From the NCBI GenBank assembly GCA_017610005.1, contig JAFCCU010000001.1, positions 80,371 to 144,370 on the forward strand: DNA of 64,000 nucleotides, read 5' to 3'. The DNA is from Candidatus Woesearchaeota archaeon. Its GTDB lineage: Archaea > Nanobdellota > Nanobdellia > Woesearchaeales > B29-G15. Below are positions 10,336 through 18,614 of this stretch, piece after piece. The first letter of the stretch is position 1. Each line of letters opens with the position of its first letter. Position numbers and translations under genes: made by a program. The notes under the pieces were generated by a model that was not told the DNA's origin, did not search any database, and was given only the letters and a program-made list of their open reading frames with translations.

Positions 10336-11629
10336 GAAGTTGGATGACATTGTAAGGGCCCCAATTAGAAAAGGTTGGAGAAGTCATCCTTGTACTACTA
10401 GCTCGTGGGATGTTACAAAAGGTGGGAGAAAAGTTTATTCTTATAAGGCTGATACTTATACTGTAAGGGGAGAAGAGACAATTCCCGCAGGAGATCATTT
10501 TTTCGATTATAACATTAGTGTTCTAGAAGGCGCAGTATTAACAATTGATCCTGGCGCAAGGCTTTTTTTCGCATCTTTATGTGGGATACAAGTAGTTGAT
10601 GGGAAGCTTGTTAGTAGGGGTGAAAAGAATAATAAGGTCAAAATATATCGAATGAGGGGATCACTAAATGGTTCTGCAATAAAGTTTTTTGGAGAAAAAG
10701 AAACTTCTTTATTAAGACATACTGAGATTCATGGAGAAGAAATATCATTTGGGCCGGAAAATAACCTTGATCATATTTTGGAATATTCTCCTGAATTAAT
10801 CAAATTGAATGTTGCGCATGTAGACCTAGAAGAAACCACTCTATTTATGGGAGAGTATTGTAATGAAGCAATAAATTTAACCACAAGATCTGTTCTAAAA
10901 ATGAAAGGAGGAGGAATAGTAGGAGGCAAGACTCCACTTGGAGCTACAGTAAGAGGAATATCTGGTATTGGGTCAAGGTTACTAATTGATGGGGCGTCAT
11001 TTAAAGATATTAATGGAGATGTATTTGCAAATCTAATTGATTGTTCAACTACAGTAAGATCAAGCACATTTGAAAATTTAAGAGGAAATCTTTGGGGAGG
11101 AGTATTTCATGTAGGAAAGGGCACACTCACAGTTACTGATTCAACATTTGTTAAGGATGGATCTAATAGTATGGGGGGAGTTTATTATTTAGCTGGAGGA
11201 ACAATAAGATCAAGAGGGAATACTTATGAGGAGTGTTTTTCTAAACAAGGGGGAGTAATTTATGTTTTAAATGGGTCTGCATACTTTGGAGAGGACGATT
11301 TTCTTTCAAGTCGGGGAGAAAATGGAGGGGTTGTTTATGTATCGTATACTTCAAAAGAGCTTGATGGGGGAAGAGTAGAATTAATTTCTTGCAATGGAAA
11401 TAATAATCATGCAAAAATGGGAGCCATAGGGTATTTAGAAGGTGGCGGATTAATTGTTAAACAGGGGAAATATAGATGGAACTTAGCTAGTGAAGCAGGA
11501 AATTTAGCTTATTGGAGAGACCCAGCCTTTGTTGCTTTTGAAGATGTTAATTATTTGACTATCTCCCCAAATAATTTTGCCCACAGAAGAGGTTTTATTG
11601 GACCCATAGAAAAGAGGAGGAAAATTTGA
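10316..11629 (+). CDS. Tagged family member 7: MSDSVREKLDDIVRAP plus WRSH motif plus parallel beta-helix
   Basis: TIPAGDHFFDYNISVLEGAVLTIDPGARLFF; GGVFHV, GGVYYLAGG, GGVIYVLNG, GGVVYVSY repeats. C-terminus NNFAHRRGFIGPIEKRRKI. Confidence 0.75.
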   Translation: MSDSVREKLDDIVRAPIRKGWRSHPCTTSSWDVTKGGRKVYSYKADTYTVRGEETIPAGDHFFDYNISVLEGAVLTIDPGARLFFASLCGIQVVDGKLVSRGEKNNKVKIYRMRGSLNGSAIKFFGEKETSLLRHTEIHGEEISFGPENNLDHILEYSPELIKLNVAHVDLEETTLFMGEYCNEAINLTTRSVLKMKGGGIVGGKTPLGATVRGISGIGSRLLIDGASFKDINGDVFANLIDCSTTVRSSTFENLRGNLWGGVFHVGKGTLTVTDSTFVKDGSNSMGGVYYLAGGTIRSRGNTYEECFSKQGGVIYVLNGSAYFGEDDFLSSRGENGGVVYVSYTSKELDGGRVELISCNGNNNHAKMGAIGYLEGGGLIVKQGKYRWNLASEAGNLAYWRDPAFVAFEDVNYLTISPNNFAHRRGFIGPIEKRRKI

Positions 11630-11651
11630 CAATGAAAAGGAGGCATAACCA

Positions 11652-12977
11652 ATGAGTGATTCAGTAAGAAAACAACTGGATGATTTATTAAGAGAACCAG
11701 TTGGAAAAGATTGGAGAAGTCATGATAGCGCATTAAACACTTGGTCTCTTAAAAAAGGAGAAGAAGAATTTTTCTCGTGGCAAGCAAAAACCTACACAGT
11801 GAGAGGAAATGAAACAATTCCCGCAGGAGATCATTTTTTCGATTATAACATTAGTGTCCTAGAAGGCGCAGTATTAACAATTGATCCTGGAGCCAGAATT
11901 TTTTTCGCATCACTTTGTGGGATTGAAGTAAATAATGGAAAAATTGTTTCTAATGGAGAAGAAGATAATCCTGTTGAAATATACAGGATGCAAGGATCTA
12001 GACAAGGATCCTCAATCAAATTTTTTGGAAATCAGGAAACTTCTGTGTTGAGACATACTGAGATTCATGGTGAAGAGATTTCATTTGGCCCTGTAGATGA
12101 GCTTGAACATATAGTAGAGCATACTCCCCCTTTAGTTAAACTTAATGAGGCTCATGTGATATTTGAAGATTCAACTATTTTTTTAGGACAGTATTGTAGC
12201 AAGGGAATTGACTTCAGACAAGATTCTCATTTGGCTATCAAGGGAGGAGGGATAGTAGGAGGGCCAGCCCCCATAGGAGTTAATTTGATTGGAATGGCTG
12301 GAAAAGATTCTAGGCTTCAAATTGAAAGGGCATTATTTAGAGATCTTAAAGGGCAAGGGTTAGCAAGTTTGACTAACTGCACTTCTGAAGTAAAATCTAG
12401 CACTTTTAGGGATATTATTGCAAATTCATTAGGGAGAGGGTTCACCATAGGGCCTGGAACTCTCACAGCTACAGGTAACACCTTTCTTAGAGTTAGTTCT
12501 GATGACTATGGAGGGGTTTTTTATGTTTCAGATGGCAAATTAAAATCAAGAGGAAATAGGTATGAACAATGTTCTTCTAAAGAAGGGGGAGTGGTTTATG
12601 TTTCTAAAAATGGACATGCTTTCTTTGAAGAAGATGATTTTATTAAAAATCAAAGTGAATCTGGAGGCGTAGTTTACATTGGCTTTACTCCAAAAGAAAA
12701 ATTTGATGAGAGGGGCCATGCAAGATTAATTTCATGTACTGGAAGAGGCAATAATGCAACAAATGGAGGAATTGCATACTTGTTAAGTGGAGGATTAATT
12801 GTTGAAGGAGGAAAATACCGAGAAAATAAATCTAAGGAATCTGGAAATTTAGTGTTTTGGCAAGGGGATTGGACCCCTGTTTCGTTTAAAGATGTAAACT
12901 ATTTGGCAATTTCCTCAAATAATTTTGCACATAGAAAAGATTTTTTTGGAGCAATAGAAAAGAAGAGGAAAATTTGA
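11652..12977 (+). CDS. Tagged family member 8: tandem paralog of member 7
   Basis: About 80% identical to member 7 over the first ~150 aa and at the C-terminus (NNFAHRKDFFGAIEKKRKI), divergent in the middle. Same GGVxYV repeats. Confidence 0.75.
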   Translation: MSDSVRKQLDDLLREPVGKDWRSHDSALNTWSLKKGEEEFFSWQAKTYTVRGNETIPAGDHFFDYNISVLEGAVLTIDPGARIFFASLCGIEVNNGKIVSNGEEDNPVEIYRMQGSRQGSSIKFFGNQETSVLRHTEIHGEEISFGPVDELEHIVEHTPPLVKLNEAHVIFEDSTIFLGQYCSKGIDFRQDSHLAIKGGGIVGGPAPIGVNLIGMAGKDSRLQIERALFRDLKGQGLASLTNCTSEVKSSTFRDIIANSLGRGFTIGPGTLTATGNTFLRVSSDDYGGVFYVSDGKLKSRGNRYEQCSSKEGGVVYVSKNGHAFFEEDDFIKNQSESGGVVYIGFTPKEKFDERGHARLISCTGRGNNATNGGIAYLLSGGLIVEGGKYRENKSKESGNLVFWQGDWTPVSFKDVNYLAISSNNFAHRKDFFGAIEKKRKI

Positions 12978-12999
12978 CAATGAAAATGAGGAATAACCG

Positions 13000-14223
13000 A
13001 TGAGTAATTCAGTAAGAAAAACACTGGATGATCTATTAAGAGAACCAGTTAGAAATGATTGGAGGAGTCATGACCTAATCATACAAACATGGTCATTTAC
13101 TGAGCAGGTTTCAATAGATTCACAGATAGAACATACCCTTGATTTACCCACTTATGTTGTCACAGGTAATGAAACAATTCCTGCAGGAGATCATCCAATA
13201 GACTATAATATTGTAGTAGCAAGTTCAGGAAAATTAACAATTGAAGATGGAGCCAAGTTATTTTTTGATGATATGTTTAGTTTAACTTCAGATGGTGAAG
13301 TTCAAGTTTTAAGCTCTCCGGAAAGAAGAGTATTGTTTGCCCCGATGAAGGGTGTTAAGAACTTCAAGGGGGTTTGGTTAAATGGGCGCCAAAGAAAATA
13401 CCTCTTGCAGCATGTTGATTTTACTGATGATACTAGGTTTAGCCCATATACCGCAAAGAATGTTAGGAACTTTCAAATGCCTCAAAGGTTACTCCATATA
13501 GAAGATGCTGAAGTGGATTTAAGAGATGTGACATTTACGCTTGGAAGATTTTCGCAAGATGCATTAGCCATGTTTAATGCCACAGTAAATCTCTATGATC
13601 CTAAATTTTTCACAAAAGGTGAGGCATTAAAATGGATGACTAAAAATGGGGAAATGGAGGGACACGGGGGAATTTATGGACATGATTCAAAAGTTTTAGT
13701 AGAAAGAGGCTTATTTGATGGATGCGTTGGGCGAATTGGAGGAGCATTGAGGCTTGATGATTGTGATACTACCCTTAAAAATACTAAATTGATTAATAGT
13801 AGAAGTAGGCTTTGGGGTGGCGGTTTAAGTGCATCTGGGGGTTCATTAAATCTATTGGGATGCGAGTTATTGGATAATGAAGGAGCTATGATGGGAGGGG
13901 CGGTATCTGCTGAGAATTTAAGAATATTAGTAGAGGGAGGAGTTTATAGAAGAAATCATTCAGAGTTTGATGGAGGTGCATTTTGCCTTAGAAATGTAAA
14001 TGGAAAAATTGTAAAAGTAAGGGTTGAGAGAAATGGATCCTATCATGGTGCAGGGTATTTCTTAGATGATTGTAATCTTGTTTTTGAAGGGGGAGATATA
14101 GAATATAATGAAGGTCATTTTGGTGCAGGGATATATTGGGAGGGGAAAAAACCAAAAATTAGAGGAACAAAAGTTAGAAGTAATATTCCAAAAGAAGATC
14201 AGATTTATTGTGGGGATGTTTAA
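13000..14223 (+). CDS. Tagged family member 9: MSNSVRKTLDDLLREPVRNDWRSHD plus beta-helix-like protein
   Basis: Shares the tag, WRSHD and TGNETIPAGDHPIDYNIVV with members 7 and 8. GGALRLDD, WGGGLSASGG and GGAVSAENL turns. The 7/8 and 8/9 junctions are homologous at DNA level. Confidence 0.7.
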   Translation: MSNSVRKTLDDLLREPVRNDWRSHDLIIQTWSFTEQVSIDSQIEHTLDLPTYVVTGNETIPAGDHPIDYNIVVASSGKLTIEDGAKLFFDDMFSLTSDGEVQVLSSPERRVLFAPMKGVKNFKGVWLNGRQRKYLLQHVDFTDDTRFSPYTAKNVRNFQMPQRLLHIEDAEVDLRDVTFTLGRFSQDALAMFNATVNLYDPKFFTKGEALKWMTKNGEMEGHGGIYGHDSKVLVERGLFDGCVGRIGGALRLDDCDTTLKNTKLINSRSRLWGGGLSASGGSLNLLGCELLDNEGAMMGGAVSAENLRILVEGGVYRRNHSEFDGGAFCLRNVNGKIVKVRVERNGSYHGAGYFLDDCNLVFEGGDIEYNEGHFGAGIYWEGKKPKIRGTKVRSNIPKEDQIYCGDV

Positions 14224-14226
14224 AAA

Positions 14227-15591
14227 ATGATAGATGATCAAGTAAGAACAAAAATGGATGATTTATTGAGAATTCCAAAAAAACCATGGTGGAAATACCT
14301 AGGATTTTATGCAGGTATTCCTGCAGTTATTCTTGTTGCAGTTTCTGCCTGGTATTTTACAAGACCAGAAGAACCTGTTGTTCAAGATCCAGTTGTTATA
14401 ACTGCCCCTACTGAAGAAGCACCCCCTATAGATACATTGATTGGTCCAATTGCCACCCCTCAATTTAGCCCAATCGAATCTGGATATAGGGAGTTACTTT
14501 TATTATTTGAACAAGAGCATTATGATCTTATTAGGGAAAGCGGTCCGGAATTATTAGAATTGGCAAGAGATGAAGGCTCAGAGCTTTTAGGAAACATTGA
14601 AAAATTACTTTCAAATGCAAATTTAGAGTATTATCTTGTAGAAATTGAAAAGAGATCACAAAATCAATATACCTTACTTGGGATACAATCCCTTGATGTT
14701 ATTATTGGAGAAATCGATGAAAAAGCAGGCCTTCAGGATGCACTTTTAGAAGCTTACAGGGCAAAGTATGACCTAATTAAAGATTCATTATCTCAAGGTT
14801 ATATCGCTCTCACCAAGAGCCAGTTAGAGGGAATCTTGGAAGATGCTGCATATCTAAGGCAAAGGATTGGTGGGCCAGAGATTAGGTCTCTCCTAGGCGA
14901 AATACAGATAACTTATGACCATCAAATTTTACTTCCTGAACTTGAGGGAGAATTGTACGCCATTACTAAAAAATCTAATCCCGGTTACACAGATTTATCC
15001 TCTGCTCAAATTATCCTTGATTCACTAAAAGCAATTGATGACAATTCAACCTCTCGCTCATCAAGAGAGGCCATATCTGATGTTGAAGATTTTATTGAAA
15101 CATTTTCTCCAACTGTAGAAGTTAGAAATCTTTATTTAACACTGGCCTCCCAAGTATCAAACAGCAATTTTAGTGAAGCAGAAACCACTTATCAACAACT
15201 CTTAACAATCGCCAATTTAAATCCTTCAAGATCTATGGGGAATCTCATGGAAGGAATAGATTCTTATTATATTGAGAATTTAAAAATTCCAGAATTTAAA
15301 AGAAGACTTGAAGAATTATCCACTTCTGGACAAATGTTTTTAGATTCATTATTTTTAAATTGGGTTGGATCTAATGTGACTCCTGTTGCAGGGCCAGGAC
15401 TTAGAATATTATTTGTTGAAATAGATGAATTAAATGAGAAATATTCAGATCCAAGACTTCAAGATTTAAGTAAACAAACTCTTGATCAGATAGGTAGAGA
15501 TCAAATATCATTGATTGGATCGGTAGGAGTAATGTTGGGGTATGCTGTTTTAGGGGTCATGGTGGTAGGAAGTATTGTTAATGATTATTAG
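14227..15591 (+). CDS. Tagged family member 10: N-tag (QVRTKMDDLLRIPKKPWWKY) plus signal-anchor TM, large helical ectodomain and C-terminal TM
   Basis: Tag followed by KK, then GFYAGIPAVILVAVSAWYF (N-in TM). C-terminal IGSVGVMLGYAVLGVMVVGSIV hydrophobic segment. Confidence 0.65.
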   Translation: MIDDQVRTKMDDLLRIPKKPWWKYLGFYAGIPAVILVAVSAWYFTRPEEPVVQDPVVITAPTEEAPPIDTLIGPIATPQFSPIESGYRELLLLFEQEHYDLIRESGPELLELARDEGSELLGNIEKLLSNANLEYYLVEIEKRSQNQYTLLGIQSLDVIIGEIDEKAGLQDALLEAYRAKYDLIKDSLSQGYIALTKSQLEGILEDAAYLRQRIGGPEIRSLLGEIQITYDHQILLPELEGELYAITKKSNPGYTDLSSAQIILDSLKAIDDNSTSRSSREAISDVEDFIETFSPTVEVRNLYLTLASQVSNSNFSEAETTYQQLLTIANLNPSRSMGNLMEGIDSYYIENLKIPEFKRRLEELSTSGQMFLDSLFLNWVGSNVTPVAGPGLRILFVEIDELNEKYSDPRLQDLSKQTLDQIGRDQISLIGSVGVMLGYAVLGVMVVGSIVNDY

Positions 15592-15608
15592 AATTTATGT
15601 TTCCTTTA

Positions 15609-15797
15609 ATCTGCCACACATCACAGTCAACAACAATCCTTTCTTCCTTATGATGCTTCATGGTTCTAACAAGTTTCATTTTAAACTCTTCAACACTATT
15701 CAACCTTAAACCTAGAATCTTGTGAAAATTCGCTAATAAACTTCTTACTTGTAATTTTATGTATACTATATTATAGTAGATATAGAAAACGACTTTT
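15609..15797. repeat. Decayed copy (~88% identity) of the 3' end of the methyltransferase gene at 16629-16818. The pair forms direct repeats flanking the TrmB pseudogene.
   Basis: The two segments align over ~190 bp. Copy 1 carries a 2-nt deletion that breaks the methyltransferase reading frame, so it is a remnant. Confidence 0.8.
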
Positions 15798-15849
15798 CTT
15801 AAATTAATCGCTCATGATTCCGAACTCATTTTCCAACATAAATTAGAAA

Positions 15850-16580
15850 TCACTCAGGCACAACCACTTGCTCCCAAAGCACCTTAAAAAATTCTTTATA
15901 TGTTTGTGCAGCAATTTCACTTTTTATTTGAATAATGAGCGCTGTTTTGTGCCAGAAAGTTAAGATTATTTCATCTCCACAAATTGAAGTAGTCATATTT
16001 GGAGAAAATTTTCCTGGAATATATCCTGCGCTAGTATAATCCATTTTGTTTAGCATTTTAATTCTAGCAGTATTATCCTTAGTGTAAATATGAAGCATCT
16101 TTACTTTGGCTTCAATTCTCTTTTTATGCCATTTTGGAATTTCATACTTTAAAAATGCTGGATTATTTGCAGGAGGACCACCAAAAACATAAATTGGATC
16201 TTTTTTCTTAAGCCACCCAGAATTAATATTCATAAATGCTCTTGTCCCTTCGTAAACATGAGTATGCCCTTGTTTTTCAGCCATCCCAGATAAAACCTCC
16301 ATTTCAGGAAGTATTCTAGCTATTTTTCCTCTTTCTCTTTAACATACCTTAAGATATCTTTAGGGGGCGCCGCTTCATAATACTTTGTTTGATCTCTTTC
16401 AATATAATTTACAAGTCCTTTTTCAACAAGTCTTTGTAGTGAGTCGTAAGTATTAGTTCTATGAACATGACTTTTTTTTGCAATTTCTCCTGCAGTTGAA
16501 ATTCCTGCCTCAAGTAATGCCAGATAAAGTTTGCTTTCATTTGCAGAAAGACCAATTTCAGTAAGGATTGTTTCATCCAT
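15850..16580 (-). pseudogene. TrmB-family regulator paralog disrupted by a frameshift (two ORFs, 16320-16580 and 15850-16302, in different frames)
   Basis: The N-terminal wHTH ORF aligns with the intact TrmB at 1235-1957 and continues in another frame (…KEKEEK / IARILPEMEVLSG…). The shift is one missing A in an A-run near 16310. Confidence 0.55.
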
Positions 16581-16606
16581 ATTATGTTTTACGGACTAGT
16601 AACTTA

Positions 16607-17218
16607 TTAATTTTTCGCAATTGGCTTTATCCGCCACACACCACAATCAACAATTACTCGTCCTTTCTTGTGATGCTTCATGGTTCTAACAAGTTTCATT
16701 TTAAATTCTTCAACACTTTCAACCTTAAACCCAGAATCCGTTGCAAATTCGCTAATGAATTTCTTACTTGTAATTTTATGTATACTATATATTATTGTAG
16801 ATATAGAAAACGCTTTTTCCAAAAATAGTCTATCATGGTGTTTGACTTTGGTCCCAAAAGGAGGATTCATTAAGACAGTATCAACTTTTTTGGAAAAATC
16901 TTTGACATTACTTAACACAAGTTCTCCCTTAACTCCAACACCCCCCATATTCTCTTTAGTAATTTTTAGAGCAGAATCATCAACATCAACAAAATACACT
17001 TTCTTAGCACCAAGTAGCGCTGCTCCAATTCCAAATACTCCAGGCCCACATCCTAAATCTGCAACTGTTTTTCCTTCAATATCTCCTTGCATGTAAGAGG
17101 ACCATAAAACTTGCGCTGCAATTTCTGGATCAGTAGAATATTGTTCAAGTACAACTTTGGGATTATCAAACTGTTTAAGTTTTGATAATACTATTGCAAG
17201 CTCTGATTTTGAAGGCAT
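16607..17218 (-). CDS. Class I SAM-dependent methyltransferase of the METTL5 / MJ0882-like N6-adenine or N2-guanine type. The probable start is an internal Met (MPSKSE...); the maximal ORF extends to 17281.
   Basis: DLGCGPG SAM-binding motif I and LMNPPFG catalytic motif. Confidence 0.7.
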   Translation of the reverse strand: MPSKSELAIVLSKLKQFDNPKVVLEQYSTDPEIAAQVLWSSYMQGDIEGKTVADLGCGPGVFGIGAALLGAKKVYFVDVDDSALKITKENMGGVGVKGELVLSNVKDFSKKVDTVLMNPPFGTKVKHHDRLFLEKAFSISTIIYSIHKITSKKFISEFATDSGFKVESVEEFKMKLVRTMKHHKKGRVIVDCGVWRIKPIAKN

Positions 17219-17274
17219 ATTATTAATAATATAATTGGTATTAATAAACATTAGCCTAAAATAATATAAACTAA

Positions 17275-18009
17275 TTGACAAAGAATATTGTAATGATTGG
17301 TGAAATTGGATTTATTCTTTTGGCAATGTTTTCAAGTTTAGTTTCTTCAACAGTGGGCTTTGGGGGGGCAATGTTTCTTATTCCCTTATCCACATTTTTT
17401 ATTCCAATTAAAAATGCAATAGCAATTTCAACATTATTCTTCTTAGCAGACTCTTGTGTTAAAGTAATAATTTACAGAAAAAAAATTGATTGGAAAATAA
17501 CTGGATGGATGTTACTTGGGGGCTTACCTTTCTTACTATTAGGCGCATTTTTAATGGTTGTTGCTCCTGAGCTTTTATTAAGAAGGCTGCTTGGAGTAGT
17601 AGTTTTAGTTTACGTTATTAATTCAATTTTCAACTTAACAAAAAATGTTAAATTAAAAGGCTGGCTCATAGCATTGATTTCAACTGCTTATGGGTTTTTC
17701 TCTGGAATCATTGGTACGGGAGGAGTAATAAAAGCTGCAATGCTTCATCATGTAGGGTTAAAGAAAGAAAGATTTGTAGGCACATTTGCAGTTTCTGCTT
17801 TTATCTTCTTAACTATTAAAGCAGTAATTTATTCAAGATTCGAGCTTGTAACAAAAGCCCACATCCCCATATTAATCCCATTAATAATAATTGGCGTAAC
17901 TGGCCCATTTGTAGGGCGAAGGATATTAAGAAAAGTTAAAGGTAAAACCTTTAAAAAAGCAATTCTAATTATGCTTGCTCTAGTTGCAATTAATTTAATC
18001 TTCTTTTAA
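17275..18009 (+). CDS. TauE/SafE (TSUP, DUF81) family membrane transporter
   Basis: Polytopic, ~8 TM. GFGGAMFLIPL and GTGGVIKAAML Gly-rich repeats typical of the TSUP family. Confidence 0.55.
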   Translation: MTKNIVMIGEIGFILLAMFSSLVSSTVGFGGAMFLIPLSTFFIPIKNAIAISTLFFLADSCVKVIIYRKKIDWKITGWMLLGGLPFLLLGAFLMVVAPELLLRRLLGVVVLVYVINSIFNLTKNVKLKGWLIALISTAYGFFSGIIGTGGVIKAAMLHHVGLKKERFVGTFAVSAFIFLTIKAVIYSRFELVTKAHIPILIPLIIIGVTGPFVGRRILRKVKGKTFKKAILIMLALVAINLIFF

Positions 18010-18049
18010 CGAAAGGTATTTATACAATCTCAACTTCCATTTTAACAGG

Positions 18050-18577
18050 TTGGCAATTAAAAATCCATTTAAAAGTTCTGTTACAAAAGAAGACTTTGAT
18101 AAGATTAAAGTCGCCTTTAATAAGATTAAAGATCAGATGGATGAGCATTTAGAAGGAATTAATGAAAATACTAATGAAATCCAATCAAATTACGAATATT
18201 TCCACCATTTAGAATCAAAGCTTGACAAATTAACTGAAAAAATTGAAACATTAATGTTAAGATTTAATGAACTTGACCCAGGAGACAAAGCAGAAGGTAA
18301 AATTGAATTATCTTACGATGAAAAGAAAGTCTTCTTAGCAATATACAAATATTCAACCACTGAAAAGTTCATCACATATAGTGACATTTCAAAAAAACTA
18401 AATTTGCCTTTATCATTAGTGAGATTTTATGTAACAAACCTAATTGAGAAAGGAGTCCCCATTGTTAAAAAATACCAGCATAGAGAAATTCTAGTTTCAT
18501 TAGACCCTGCATTTAGAGAAGCTCAGACAAAAGAGAACCTTGTAAATATTAACGAGTCAATTACCAGATATATTTAG
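18050..18577 (+). CDS. Hypothetical protein with an N-terminal coiled coil and a C-terminal winged-helix-like DNA-binding segment
   Basis: KKVFLAIYKYSTTEKFITYSDISKKLNLPLSLVRFYVTNLIEKGVPIV resembles a MarR/TrmB-type wHTH. Confidence 0.4.
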   Translation: MAIKNPFKSSVTKEDFDKIKVAFNKIKDQMDEHLEGINENTNEIQSNYEYFHHLESKLDKLTEKIETLMLRFNELDPGDKAEGKIELSYDEKKVFLAIYKYSTTEKFITYSDISKKLNLPLSLVRFYVTNLIEKGVPIVKKYQHREILVSLDPAFREAQTKENLVNINESITRYI

Positions 18578-18614
18578 GGTTAGCTTTATTAATCATTTCT
18601 TATTATTATTCAAC

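Noticed and set aside
2586-11733. Eight short ORFs antisense to or out of frame with the tagged-family genes (2586-2840, 5168-5557, 6675-6908, 6983-7237, 7760-7951, 9324-9782, 10771-11067, 11551-11733)
   Set aside because: Each is fully embedded in a longer, motif-supported gene in another frame. No independent signals.
16568-17096. Plus-strand ORFs 16568-16828 and 16680-17096
   Set aside because: They overlap the minus-strand methyltransferase gene, which has clear SAM-binding motifs; these are antisense artefacts.
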